A DNA stretch of 64,000 nt from Acidobacteriota bacterium (GTDB lineage Bacteria > Acidobacteriota > Thermoanaerobaculia > Multivoradales > JAHEKO01): assembly GCA_029862975.1 (NCBI GenBank), contig JAOTWP010000001.1, positions 11,676 to 75,675 on the forward strand. Reading direction: 5' to 3'. Each line of letters opens with the position of its first letter. The first letter of the stretch is position 1. The position numbers and the translations under genes were made by a program. Positions 22,987 through 31,666 of the stretch are shown here, piece after piece. The notes under the pieces are model-generated. The model ran no database searches. It saw only the letters and a program-made list of their open reading frames with translations, and was not told where the DNA came from.

Positions 22987-25384
22987 TCTACGCGGCGCGA
23001 GGGAAGACGAAGGGGCGGGCCGCGCGGCGGGGTGGCGCTTCGCGTTGCTGTGGGTCGCCCCGGTCATGCTCCTGCTCGTGGCGATCGCCCTGCCGCTCAT
23101 CTCGGGCGCCCGGACGCTCTACCTGCGCGACGTCCTCAACACCCATTACGAGATGAAGTGGGCGCAGGCCCAGGCGATGCGGGCCGGCGAGCTGCCGCTC
23201 GTCGACATGTACCGCGGCGGCGGTCAGGCCCATCTCGCCAATCCCAACACGGTGCCGCTCTACCCGGACAACGTCCTGTTCCTCTTCGCCGAGACCCTGT
23301 GGGCCATGAACGCCCACTTCTGGCTCCACTGGCTGGTGGCTCCGTTCGCCGGCTTCTGGCTCGGGCGAGCCCTGGGCATGCGGCGCGAGGCGGCCTGGGC
23401 CGTCGGCGTGGTCTACGTCACGAGCGGCTACTACCTGGCGACGCTCAACCTCTACAACCTGGTCGCTCCCGTGACGCTGGCGCCGGCGCTCGCCGCCGCG
23501 AGCGTCCGGCTCGCCGAGCCCGCCCGCCGCAGGAGGGGCTTCGTGGCGGTGGCGGTGCTCTGGGCGCTGATGATCCTCGGCGGCGACCCGATGACGGCGG
23601 CGGTGAGCCTGGCGGCGGCCGCCGCCCTGGTGCTCCTGCGCCACGGCCGCCGCTATCCCTGGTGGAGCGCCGCCGGCGCGGTGGCCATCGGCACGGGCTT
23701 GAGCGCCCCCCAGTGGGTCGAGTTCGTGCGCATGCTCAGCTTCACCTATCGCGGCTTCTGGGGCTTCGGCGTCGATCTCGCGACGGTGGGAGGCTGGCGC
23801 CCGATCGACGCCCTCGAGCTCCTCGTCCCGTTCTTCTTCGGCCGCCCCGACATGAACTACTGGGGCCAGGCCCACCACGCCAACCAGGTGCCGCTCTTCT
23901 TCACGCTCTACCCCGGGGTGCTCGTCCTCGCCCTCATGGCCGCGGCGCGCGCCGACGGCCGGCGCACGCTGGCGTGGGCCTGGGGCCTGGTCGCGGTGAG
24001 CCTCTTCCTGGCGCTGGGCGAGGTCAACCCCATCGTGGTCGCGCTCTCGAAGCTGCCCGGGGCCTCGCTTCTGCGCATTCCGGCGAAGCTGTGGAGCGCC
24101 ACGGCCCTCGGCTCGGCGGTGCTCTGCGGGCTGGCGTTCGGCCGCCTCTTCGAGGCCGCGGGGCGGCGCCGGCTGCTGCTCCCTCTGGGGCTCCTCGGCG
24201 GGCTCTACTTCGTCGCCTGGGGGGTGATGAGCCTCTTCCCGCAGGCCGTGGACGCCTGGAGCCGCGGATTCGTCCCGGAGACCTTCAAGGACGCCTTCGT
24301 CAGCGCCGAGCGGCTGCGCTGGGCCGGCTCCTGCTTCCTGAGCTTGCTGCTGATCGCTCTCTATCTCCTCACTCTCCGAGCCGGCCGGCGGCGGCCGCGC
24401 CTGGCGGCGCTGTGCCTCCTCGTCGCCCACGCGGCGAGCCAGCTCTTCCTGCTGCGGCCGGCCTTCGCGACCGACGTGCGGGCGGCCTACCTCGAGGTCC
24501 AGGAGCTGCGGGCCTGGGTGCCGCCCGGCTCGCGAGTGGTTCACGGCGGCAACATGCAGCTCTTCGGCCCCGTGAGCATCAAGGTGAGCCTCTATCCGGA
24601 CGCCAGGCTCCTGTGGCGCGAGCGCCAGATGCACGCCGATCTGCACCCGGCCTTCGGCGTCCAGGCCGGGCTGCGCTACGAGCTCAACCTCTCGCCCGAG
24701 GGGCTGGACTCGTTCCTCACCCGGGCCGTGGTCCACCTGATGCCCGGGTACGAGGACGAGCGCCGGATGCGGCTCTTGCAGATCTTCGGGATCGAGTACC
24801 TGCTGCTCGAGCGCGAGCTCGACCCCGCGGCCTTGGCCTACGCCGAGCTCGTGCACCGCCGGCCCACCGTGGGCGGGGAGCTGCACGTCTACAAGGTGGT
24901 CGACCCGACGCCGCACGTCCAGGTCGTCGGCCGGGTCCGCGGCTCGGAGAACCTCAACGTGGCCCTCACCTCGCTGCTCAGCCCGGGCTTCGACCACCGC
25001 TCGGCGGTGGTGCTCGCCGGCGCCCACGAGCCGCTCGAGGGACGCCGCGGCACGGCCCGCCTGATCCGGGAGACGGACGAGTCGCTCGAGATCGCAGTGA
25101 GCGCGCCGGACGAAGGGGTGCTGGTGGTGCAGCGCACCCACCTGCCCATCTACCGCGCCACGATCGACGGCGAGCCCGCGGCGCTCTACGCGGCGAATCT
25201 GTACCGCATGGGGGTGAAGCTGCCGGCCGGCGAGCACACGGTGCGGATCGCCGTCGACCGCCGGCCGTGGCACGCGGCGCTCGGGCTCGCCCTGCTCGCG
25301 GCGGTGGCGCTGGCCTGGCTTGGATTCCGGGATTGGCCCCGGCAGAGGGAGCCGCGCCCCGCCGCCGCCCGCTCCGCCTGCTAG
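22976..25384 (+). CDS. YfhO-like (GT-C fold) large polytopic membrane protein
   Basis: 802 aa, many TM helices. N-terminal loop LYLRDVLNTHYEMKW..GELPLVDMYRGGGQAHLANPNTVPLYPDN resembles the YfhO family. C-terminal extracytoplasmic domain followed by a final TM. Confidence 0.6.
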   Translation: MTTILRGAREDEGAGRAAGWRFALLWVAPVMLLLVAIALPLISGARTLYLRDVLNTHYEMKWAQAQAMRAGELPLVDMYRGGGQAHLANPNTVPLYPDNVLFLFAETLWAMNAHFWLHWLVAPFAGFWLGRALGMRREAAWAVGVVYVTSGYYLATLNLYNLVAPVTLAPALAAASVRLAEPARRRRGFVAVAVLWALMILGGDPMTAAVSLAAAAALVLLRHGRRYPWWSAAGAVAIGTGLSAPQWVEFVRMLSFTYRGFWGFGVDLATVGGWRPIDALELLVPFFFGRPDMNYWGQAHHANQVPLFFTLYPGVLVLALMAAARADGRRTLAWAWGLVAVSLFLALGEVNPIVVALSKLPGASLLRIPAKLWSATALGSAVLCGLAFGRLFEAAGRRRLLLPLGLLGGLYFVAWGVMSLFPQAVDAWSRGFVPETFKDAFVSAERLRWAGSCFLSLLLIALYLLTLRAGRRRPRLAALCLLVAHAASQLFLLRPAFATDVRAAYLEVQELRAWVPPGSRVVHGGNMQLFGPVSIKVSLYPDARLLWRERQMHADLHPAFGVQAGLRYELNLSPEGLDSFLTRAVVHLMPGYEDERRMRLLQIFGIEYLLLERELDPAALAYAELVHRRPTVGGELHVYKVVDPTPHVQVVGRVRGSENLNVALTSLLSPGFDHRSAVVLAGAHEPLEGRRGTARLIRETDESLEIAVSAPDEGVLVVQRTHLPIYRATIDGEPAALYAANLYRMGVKLPAGEHTVRIAVDRRPWHAALGLALLAAVALAWLGFRDWPRQREPRPAAARSAC

Positions 25385-25431
25385 AATCACCGACGTCGTC
25401 CCGCTGGCGGCCGTTCCTGGACAGGGGCCTC

Positions 25432-26958
25432 ATGGCCGACCGACCCAAGGTGCTCGAGAAGGTCCTGATCGCCAATCGCGGCGAGATCGCCGTGCGGGTG
25501 CTGCGCGCCCTGCGCGAGCTCGGCAGGCGCAGCGCCGTCGTCTACTCCGACGCCGACCGCGCGTCGCTGCCGGTGCTGCTGGCCGACGAGGCCCACCGGA
25601 TCGGGCCCGCGCCGTCGGCCGAGAGCTATCTGCGGGCGGAGGCGATCGTCGAGCTGGCCCGCGAGATCGGCGCCGACGCGATCCACCCCGGCTACGGCTT
25701 CCTGGCCGAGAGCGCCCGTTTCGCGGCGCTGTGCGGCGCCGCGGGCGTCAAGTTCATCGGTCCGCCGCCCGCGGCGATGGCGGCGATGGGCTCGAAGATC
25801 GAGAGCCGGCGGCTGATGATCGCGGCCGGCGTGCCCGTCGTGCCGGGCGGCGAGGATCCGCTCGCCTCGCCCGCCGAGGCCGCGGCGGCCGCGGCCGCCA
25901 TCGGCTATCCGGTGATGCTCAAGGCGGCCGCGGGCGGCGGCGGCAAGGGCATGCGGCTGGTGCGCGACGCCGACGGCCTCGCCGCGGCCTACCGGGCGGC
26001 GCGCTCCGAGGCGCGGGCGAGCTTCGGCGACGACGCCGTCTACCTCGAGAAGCTCGTCGAGCGGCCGCGCCACGTGGAGATCCAGATCCTGGCCGACGAG
26101 CACGGCAACGTCGTCTCCCTGGGCGAGCGGGACTGCTCGCTGCAGCGCCGCCATCAGAAGGTCGTCGAGGAGGCCCCGTCGCCCGCCGTCGACGCCCCTC
26201 TCCGGCGTCGGATGAGCGAGGCGGCGGTGCGGGCGGCGGCGGCGGTGGGCTACGCCAACGCCGGGACGGTCGAGTTCCTCCTCGCTCCGGACGGCGACTT
26301 CTTCTTCCTCGAGATGAACACGCGGCTGCAGGTGGAGCACCCGATCACCGAGATGGTCACCGGGATCGATCTCGTGCGCTGGCAGCTGGCCATCGCCGAG
26401 GGCCGGCCGCTGGCCGAGGAGCTCGACGACGTCGAGATCAGGGGCCACGCCTTCGAGGTCCGGCTCTACGCCGAGGACCCGTACCGGAACTTCGCGCCCT
26501 CGCCGGGGCGGATCGAGCGGCTGCGCCTGCCCCAGGGCCCGGGGGTGCGCAACGAGTGCGGGGTCTACGAGGGCGAGGCCGTGACGATCCACTACGATCC
26601 GCTGCTGGCCAAGCTCGTCGTCTGGGGCGCCGATCGCGGCCAGGCGATGGAGCGCCTCGACCGCGCCCTCTCGGAGCTGCGGATCGAAGGGATCCGGACG
26701 ACGGCGCCGCTCTTCCGGGCGCTGCTGGCCGACGCGGATTTCCGGCGCGGCGTGGTCGACAACGACATGCTCGATCGCAAGCTGGCGGCCGGCGAGCTCA
26801 CGCCGACCCGGTCCGCGCTCCAGCGCGAGCTCACGACGATCGCCGCGGCGCTCGAGCATCTCGATCGCCACGGCCGGCGCGCCGCGCGGTCGCTGGCGCG
26901 CGGCCGGCGCGATCACTGGCGCGGAGCCGGGCGCCGCGAGGCTCTTCGGGGGACGTGA
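25432..26958 (+). CDS. accC: biotin carboxylase (acyl-CoA carboxylase alpha, BC component)
   Basis: KVLIANRGEIAVRVLRA, IHPGYGFLAE, MLKAAAGGGGKGMR, EMNTRLQVEHPITE. Confidence 0.9.
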   Translation: MADRPKVLEKVLIANRGEIAVRVLRALRELGRRSAVVYSDADRASLPVLLADEAHRIGPAPSAESYLRAEAIVELAREIGADAIHPGYGFLAESARFAALCGAAGVKFIGPPPAAMAAMGSKIESRRLMIAAGVPVVPGGEDPLASPAEAAAAAAAIGYPVMLKAAAGGGGKGMRLVRDADGLAAAYRAARSEARASFGDDAVYLEKLVERPRHVEIQILADEHGNVVSLGERDCSLQRRHQKVVEEAPSPAVDAPLRRRMSEAAVRAAAAVGYANAGTVEFLLAPDGDFFFLEMNTRLQVEHPITEMVTGIDLVRWQLAIAEGRPLAEELDDVEIRGHAFEVRLYAEDPYRNFAPSPGRIERLRLPQGPGVRNECGVYEGEAVTIHYDPLLAKLVVWGADRGQAMERLDRALSELRIEGIRTTAPLFRALLADADFRRGVVDNDMLDRKLAAGELTPTRSALQRELTTIAAALEHLDRHGRRAARSLARGRRDHWRGAGRREALRGT

Positions 26959-27500
26959 TGGAGCTCATCGTCAAGCACGCCGACGGCGACACCAAGGTCA
27001 AGATCGACCGGCGCGGAGCCGAGTACCAGCTGCAGATCGGCGACCAGAGCTACGTCATCCTGTCCGCCGAGGCGGCCAATGGAGTCCGCAGCCTGCTCGT
27101 CGACGGCGGGCAGTACGAGGTGTCGGTGCGCAGTCTCGGGGAGGACCGCTACGAGGTGACGACCACGGCCGGCGCCGCGACGGTCCAGGTGCAGGACCCG
27201 CTGACCCAACTGGCGGAGGTGGCGCACGAGAAGCAGGGCGGCACCGGACGGCAGCGCGTGGCGGCCTACATGCCGGGCCGGGTGGTCTCGGTCCTCGTCG
27301 CCGAGGGCGAAGCCGTCACGGCCGGCCAGGGGCTCCTGGTGCTCGAGGCCATGAAGATGGAGAACGAGATCCAGGCCGAGCAGGCCGGCGTCATCGCCAA
27401 GCTCCACGTCACCCCCGGCCAGGCCGTCGACCGCGGCGACCCGCTGTTCGAGCTCGAGCCGGCCGGGCAGCCCGATCGCGGTGCCGGCGGGCAGGTCTAA
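26958..27500 (+). CDS. biotin carboxyl carrier-type protein (BT-like N-terminal region plus biotinyl domain)
   Basis: C-terminal LVLEAMKMENEI biotinylation motif. ATG overlaps the accC stop (TGATG). Confidence 0.8.
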   Translation: MELIVKHADGDTKVKIDRRGAEYQLQIGDQSYVILSAEAANGVRSLLVDGGQYEVSVRSLGEDRYEVTTTAGAATVQVQDPLTQLAEVAHEKQGGTGRQRVAAYMPGRVVSVLVAEGEAVTAGQGLLVLEAMKMENEIQAEQAGVIAKLHVTPGQAVDRGDPLFELEPAGQPDRGAGGQV

Positions 27501-28492
27501 AGCCCCGCCTCGACTGCGGCGACTGCGGCGGTGGCGGGCAGGTCGGTCATGCACCGGTGGTGGCCGAGGGGGCAGCGGCGGCGGAAGCAGGGGGAGCACC
27601 AGCGGTGGCCGTAGAGGACCTCGTGGCCGGCGCCGCTCGGCGCGGTGCGGGCGGGGTCGGTGGGACCGAAGAGAGCGGCGCAGTGGACGCCGAGGGCCGC
27701 GGCCAGGTGCATGGGACCCGAGTCGTTGGTCAGGAGCGCGCGGTGGGCGGCGAGCACGGCGGCGAGCTCTCCTAGGTCGAGGTCGGGGCCGATCACGGGG
27801 TGGATCTTGCCGGTCTCCTCGTGCAGGCGGACGGCGAGCCAAACCTCTTTGGGTCCGGCGAGGATCGAGAGCTGCAGGTCGCGATGGCGGCGCCGCAGCT
27901 CCCGCATCGCGTCCGCGAAGTGCTCGCGCGGCCACCGCTTGGAGGCGCCGAACTCGGCGCCCGGGAAGACCCCCACCACGGGTCCCGCGGCCGGGTCGAT
28001 GCCGGCCCGGGCGAGCAGCTGGCGGCCGCGCTCGCGCTCGGTGGCGCCGAGCGCCAGGCGCGGCGTCCAGTCCTCCGGGGAGGGCACGCCCATCGCGGCG
28101 AGCAGCTCGGCATAGTCCGCGGTCTGGTGGCGGACCGCGCCGCCGGCGCGGGGCACGGCGGGCGCGAGCAGCGGGCCGCGGAAGCCGCCGCGGTAGCCGA
28201 AGCGCCGCGGAATGCCGGCCCGGCGGGCGAGCCAGGCCGAGCGGAACGAGTTGGGCAGCAGGACCGCTTCGTCGTAGCCCCCCGCCCGCATCGCCGCCAG
28301 CGTGGTCCGGTCGTCGCCGCGGCTGAGGGCTCCCGCGGCTCCGGCCGCCAGGCCGACGAGCGGCACGAGGTGAGGGCGGGCGAGGACGTCGACGGCCCGG
28401 CCGGCTGCCGCCAGCGCCGCGAGCACCGGCAGCGCCATGACGGTGTCGCCCACCCAGTTGGGCGCGTAGACGAGGCTGCGGGTCGCGCTCAC
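27497..28492 (-). CDS. glycosyltransferase family 9 (LPS heptosyltransferase, WaaF/WaaC-like)
   Basis: APNWVGDTVMALPVL, GASKRWP, LLTNDSGPMHLAAALG. GTG start in a GTGA overlap with the lpxL-like stop. Confidence 0.8.
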   Translation of the reverse strand: MSATRSLVYAPNWVGDTVMALPVLAALAAAGRAVDVLARPHLVPLVGLAAGAAGALSRGDDRTTLAAMRAGGYDEAVLLPNSFRSAWLARRAGIPRRFGYRGGFRGPLLAPAVPRAGGAVRHQTADYAELLAAMGVPSPEDWTPRLALGATERERGRQLLARAGIDPAAGPVVGVFPGAEFGASKRWPREHFADAMRELRRRHRDLQLSILAGPKEVWLAVRLHEETGKIHPVIGPDLDLGELAAVLAAHRALLTNDSGPMHLAAALGVHCAALFGPTDPARTAPSGAGHEVLYGHRWCSPCFRRRCPLGHHRCMTDLPATAAVAAVEAGL

Positions 28493-29370
28493 GTCATCTT
28501 CCACCGGTCGTGCATCCACAGCCACAGATCCGGCCGGCGGCGGATCTCGGTCTCGACCGCGGCGACGCAGCGCCCCGTGAGGTCGCGGACCGGGTCGGCG
28601 GTGTCGCTTTCCGGGGCGATGGCGGGGCGCGCCACGACGCGGTAGCGCCCGCCGGGGGCGGGGTAGGCGTAGACCGGCACGACGGGGGTGCGATGCTTCA
28701 ACGCGAGGCGGGCGATGAGGCTGCTCGTGCGCGCCGGCCGGCCGAAGAAGGGCACGACCACCGCGTCGCGCGGTGCGACCCTCTGGTCGAGCAGAACGAG
28801 CAGCCGGCCGCCGGCCTGCAGGTTGCGCACGAGGCTGCGGGCGGCGCCATGCTTGTGGATGAGCCGCAGGCCGAAGCGGGTCCGCAGGGCGGCCAGCCGG
28901 CGGTCGAGCCGCGGGTTGTCGAGCGGCCGCACGAGCGCGAGGACGGGCGGCGCGTAGAGCCCCGTCGCCTGGCCGACCATCTCCCAGTAGCCGAAGTGGG
29001 CGGTCATGAGGAAGGCGGCCCGCGAGCCCGAGGTGGCGGCCGTCACGTGCTCCCAGCCGTCGAGCGTCCAGCGGCGGCACAGCGCCGCCGCGTCGAACCG
29101 CCCCAGGGAGAGGAGCTCGGTCGCGTGGGCGGTCATCTGCCGGAACGAGCCGCGGGCGACGTCGTGCCGCGAGCGCTCGTCGAGCTCCGGCATGGCGAGC
29201 TCGAGGTTGGCGAGCGCGATCCGCCGGCGGCTCGCGAGGAGAAGGTAGGCGACGCCGCCGAGCGCGCGGCCGAGGCGGCGGGCGCCGGAGTGGGGCAGGA
29301 CGCGGACCAGGCCGTGCAGGAGCTGGAAGAAGGCGAGCTCGCCGGCGTGGAGGACGGGGGCGTCCTTCAT
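28489..29370 (-). CDS. lipid A biosynthesis late acyltransferase (LpxL/HtrB family)
   Basis: HFGYWE (HX4E) motif, size about 293 aa, located within the waaA-lpxK operon. Confidence 0.75.
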   Translation of the reverse strand: MKDAPVLHAGELAFFQLLHGLVRVLPHSGARRLGRALGGVAYLLLASRRRIALANLELAMPELDERSRHDVARGSFRQMTAHATELLSLGRFDAAALCRRWTLDGWEHVTAATSGSRAAFLMTAHFGYWEMVGQATGLYAPPVLALVRPLDNPRLDRRLAALRTRFGLRLIHKHGAARSLVRNLQAGGRLLVLLDQRVAPRDAVVVPFFGRPARTSSLIARLALKHRTPVVPVYAYPAPGGRYRVVARPAIAPESDTADPVRDLTGRCVAAVETEIRRRPDLWLWMHDRWKMT

Positions 29371-30392
29371 CGCGGGGCGAGCTCCGCCAGCGTGTCGCCG
29401 AGCCACTCCCAGAAGCCGGGGCCGGGCGCGGCGCGCAGCGGCAGCTCGGCCAGCGGCAGGTCGAGCCGGCCGAGGAGCTTCACCCGGTCCTTGGCCGTCG
29501 TCAGGACCGTCTCCGCGGAGCTGCCTTCGACGGCCGCGGCGATCTGGCGCAGCGAGGCCTCCGGATAGGCGTGGTGGTCCGGAAAGACGAGGGCGCCGCG
29601 GATCTCGACGTCGAGCTTTCGGACGGCCGCCTCGAAGACTCCCGGCCGGGCGACGGCGCTCACCAGGAAGACGCGGACTCCCGGCTCCAAAGGCTCTCCG
29701 GTCACCCGCCGGGGTGGCCCGAAGGCGCGATCGCAGCCGAAGCCCGGGCCGCGGAAGCCGTGCTCGCGCAGCAGCGCCGCGAGCTCCGCGGCCGCTTCCG
29801 TGGAGCCGCCCATGAGGACGATCGCGTCGGCGTGCGCCGTCGCCGCCAGCGGCTCGCGGAGCCGGCCGCCGGGCCACAGCCGGCCGCCGCCCAGCGGGTC
29901 CTCGACCGGCAGGACGAGCAGGTCCAGGTCGCGGGCCAGCCGCAGATGGGAGAAGCCGTCGTCGAGCAGGAAGACGTCGGGCGGCGGGTCGAGCCGCTCC
30001 ATGGCGTGGCGCCCCGCCAACGCGCGGTCCGGCGCCACGACGACGGCGGCGCCCGGGACCTCGCCGGCCAGCAGCACCGGCTCGTCGCCGGCCAGGCCGG
30101 GCCCCAGCAGCGGTCCCTCGCCGGTGCTGACGACCCGCACCTGGCGATCGCGCCGTCCGTACCCTCGCGACAGGATCGCCACCCGGTAGCCGTCGGCGAC
30201 GAGGCGGGCCGCGAGAGCCGCGGTCAGCGGCGTCTTGCCGCTGCCCCCCCAGTGCAGGTTGCCGACGCTGATCACCGGCCGCGGCAGCCGCGAGCGGCGG
30301 TCGCGGAACCAGCGCCGGCGCCAGCGGTGGGCGCTGCCGTAGAGCCACTGCCAGGGCGAGCCGGACGGTCGCGGCGCCGCGCCGGCGCTCAC
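29367..30392 (-). CDS. lpxK: tetraacyldisaccharide 4'-kinase
   Basis: VISVGNLHWGGSGKTP P-loop, GDEP, LLDDGFSH. GTG start in a GTGA overlap with the waaA stop. Confidence 0.85.
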   Translation of the reverse strand: MSAGAAPRPSGSPWQWLYGSAHRWRRRWFRDRRSRLPRPVISVGNLHWGGSGKTPLTAALAARLVADGYRVAILSRGYGRRDRQVRVVSTGEGPLLGPGLAGDEPVLLAGEVPGAAVVVAPDRALAGRHAMERLDPPPDVFLLDDGFSHLRLARDLDLLVLPVEDPLGGGRLWPGGRLREPLAATAHADAIVLMGGSTEAAAELAALLREHGFRGPGFGCDRAFGPPRRVTGEPLEPGVRVFLVSAVARPGVFEAAVRKLDVEIRGALVFPDHHAYPEASLRQIAAAVEGSSAETVLTTAKDRVKLLGRLDLPLAELPLRAAPGPGFWEWLGDTLAELAPR

Positions 30393-31666
30393 GGCGTCGT
30401 CTCCCGCGGCGGCCCGGACATCGCCGCGGAGAGCAGCGGCGCGATGACGCCGCGGGTCCGCTCGGCGGCGCCGCGGTGGTCGTGCACGAGCTGGCGCCCG
30501 CGGCGCCCCATGGCGGCGACCTCGCCGCTGCCGGCGATCGCCTCCCGGAAGAACTCGGCGAGCTCCGCCTCGTCGGCCACCCGGCGCCACGCGGCCGCCG
30601 CGTCGAACGTCTCCGCCATGTGGCGGAAATTGGCCATCGACGGGCCCGCGGCCACCGCGACGCCGTGCGCGGCCGGCTCGAGGGGATTGTGGCCGCCGCT
30701 CGGAACGAGGCTGCCGCCGACGAACGCCGCGGCGCCCAGGCGGTAGAGGGCCGCGAGCTCGCCGAGACTGTCGAGCAGGACGACGTCGGCGGGCGCGCCG
30801 CCGCGGTCGAGCTGGGAGCGGCGAGCCAGGGTGAGTCCCCGGCGGCGGACCAGCTCCGCGACCTCCGGCCAGCGCTCGGGGTGCCGGGGGGCGAGGACCA
30901 GGAGCGCCGCGCGGCCGCCGCCGGCCGCCGCGAAGGCGGCCAGCACCTGTTCCTCCTCGCCGGCCATGGTCGAGCCGGCAACGAGGATCGGCCGCCGCCC
31001 GGCGCCGGCCGCCAGGAGCGTCTCGACCGCGGGGATGGGCTCGGGCTGGGGGGCGTCGAACTTGAGGTTGCCGGTGACCGAGAGGCGTTCGGGATCGACG
31101 CCGAGGGCGAGCAGCTTGTCGCGGTCCTCGGCCGTCTGCACGGCGAAGTGGTCGACGCGGCCCAAGAGCGCGCGGGCCAGGAGCCGGACCCGCCGCAGGC
31201 GCCGGAAGCTGCGGTCGCCGACGCGGCCGTTCACCACCACCACGGGCAGCCCGCGGCGGCGGACGTGGCGCAGCAGCAGGGGCCAGTAGTCGCCCTCGAC
31301 GAGGACGAGGGCGCGGGGCTCGAAGCGGTCGAGGAACCGGCGGATGGCGAACCCGAGGTCGAAGGGCAGGTAGGCGATCGCCGCGCGATCGCCGCACATC
31401 GCCCGCGCCTGCTGCTGGCCGGTCGGGGTGACCGTGGTGACGAGCAGCGGCCAGGCGGCGGGCAGGCCGCGCGCGAACGCGGCGCCCACCCGGGCCTCGC
31501 CGACCGACACGGCGTGGATCCACAGCGGCCGTTTGACGGCCGCTCCCGCGTGGCGGCCGAGGCGTCCCCCGAGAGTCTCGAGATAGTGCCCGCCGCGCCG
31601 CAGCAGCAGGAACGGTGCGGCCATGGCGAGGGTCAGGGCCAGGGCGGTCTGATAGAGGATCCACAT
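30389..31666 (-). CDS. waaA: 3-deoxy-D-manno-octulosonic acid (Kdo) transferase
   Basis: WIHAVSVGE, TVTPTG, GGHNPLEPA motifs. ATG at 31666. Confidence 0.85.
   Translation of the reverse strand: MWILYQTALALTLAMAAPFLLLRRGGHYLETLGGRLGRHAGAAVKRPLWIHAVSVGEARVGAAFARGLPAAWPLLVTTVTPTGQQQARAMCGDRAAIAYLPFDLGFAIRRFLDRFEPRALVLVEGDYWPLLLRHVRRRGLPVVVVNGRVGDRSFRRLRRVRLLARALLGRVDHFAVQTAEDRDKLLALGVDPERLSVTGNLKFDAPQPEPIPAVETLLAAGAGRRPILVAGSTMAGEEEQVLAAFAAAGGGRAALLVLAPRHPERWPEVAELVRRRGLTLARRSQLDRGGAPADVVLLDSLGELAALYRLGAAAFVGGSLVPSGGHNPLEPAAHGVAVAAGPSMANFRHMAETFDAAAAWRRVADEAELAEFFREAIAGSGEVAAMGRRGRQLVHDHRGAAERTRGVIAPLLSAAMSGPPRETTP

Noticed and set aside
22987-23100. Longer start (ATG at 23100) for the UbiA-like gene, as given by the ORF track.
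   Set aside because: The extra 38 residues (MSGRAIATSRSMTGATHSNAKRHPAARPAPSSSLAPRR) look like noise and would overlap the first TM helix of the convincing + strand YfhO-like gene. The family's conserved core begins right after the internal Met codons at 22986/22977.
27497-27500. Overlapping convergent stop codons (CTAA) of the BCCP-like and GT9 genes as a regulatory element.
   Set aside because: This is probably just genome compaction. No hairpin or T-tract is associated with it, and nothing further can be inferred from the sequence.
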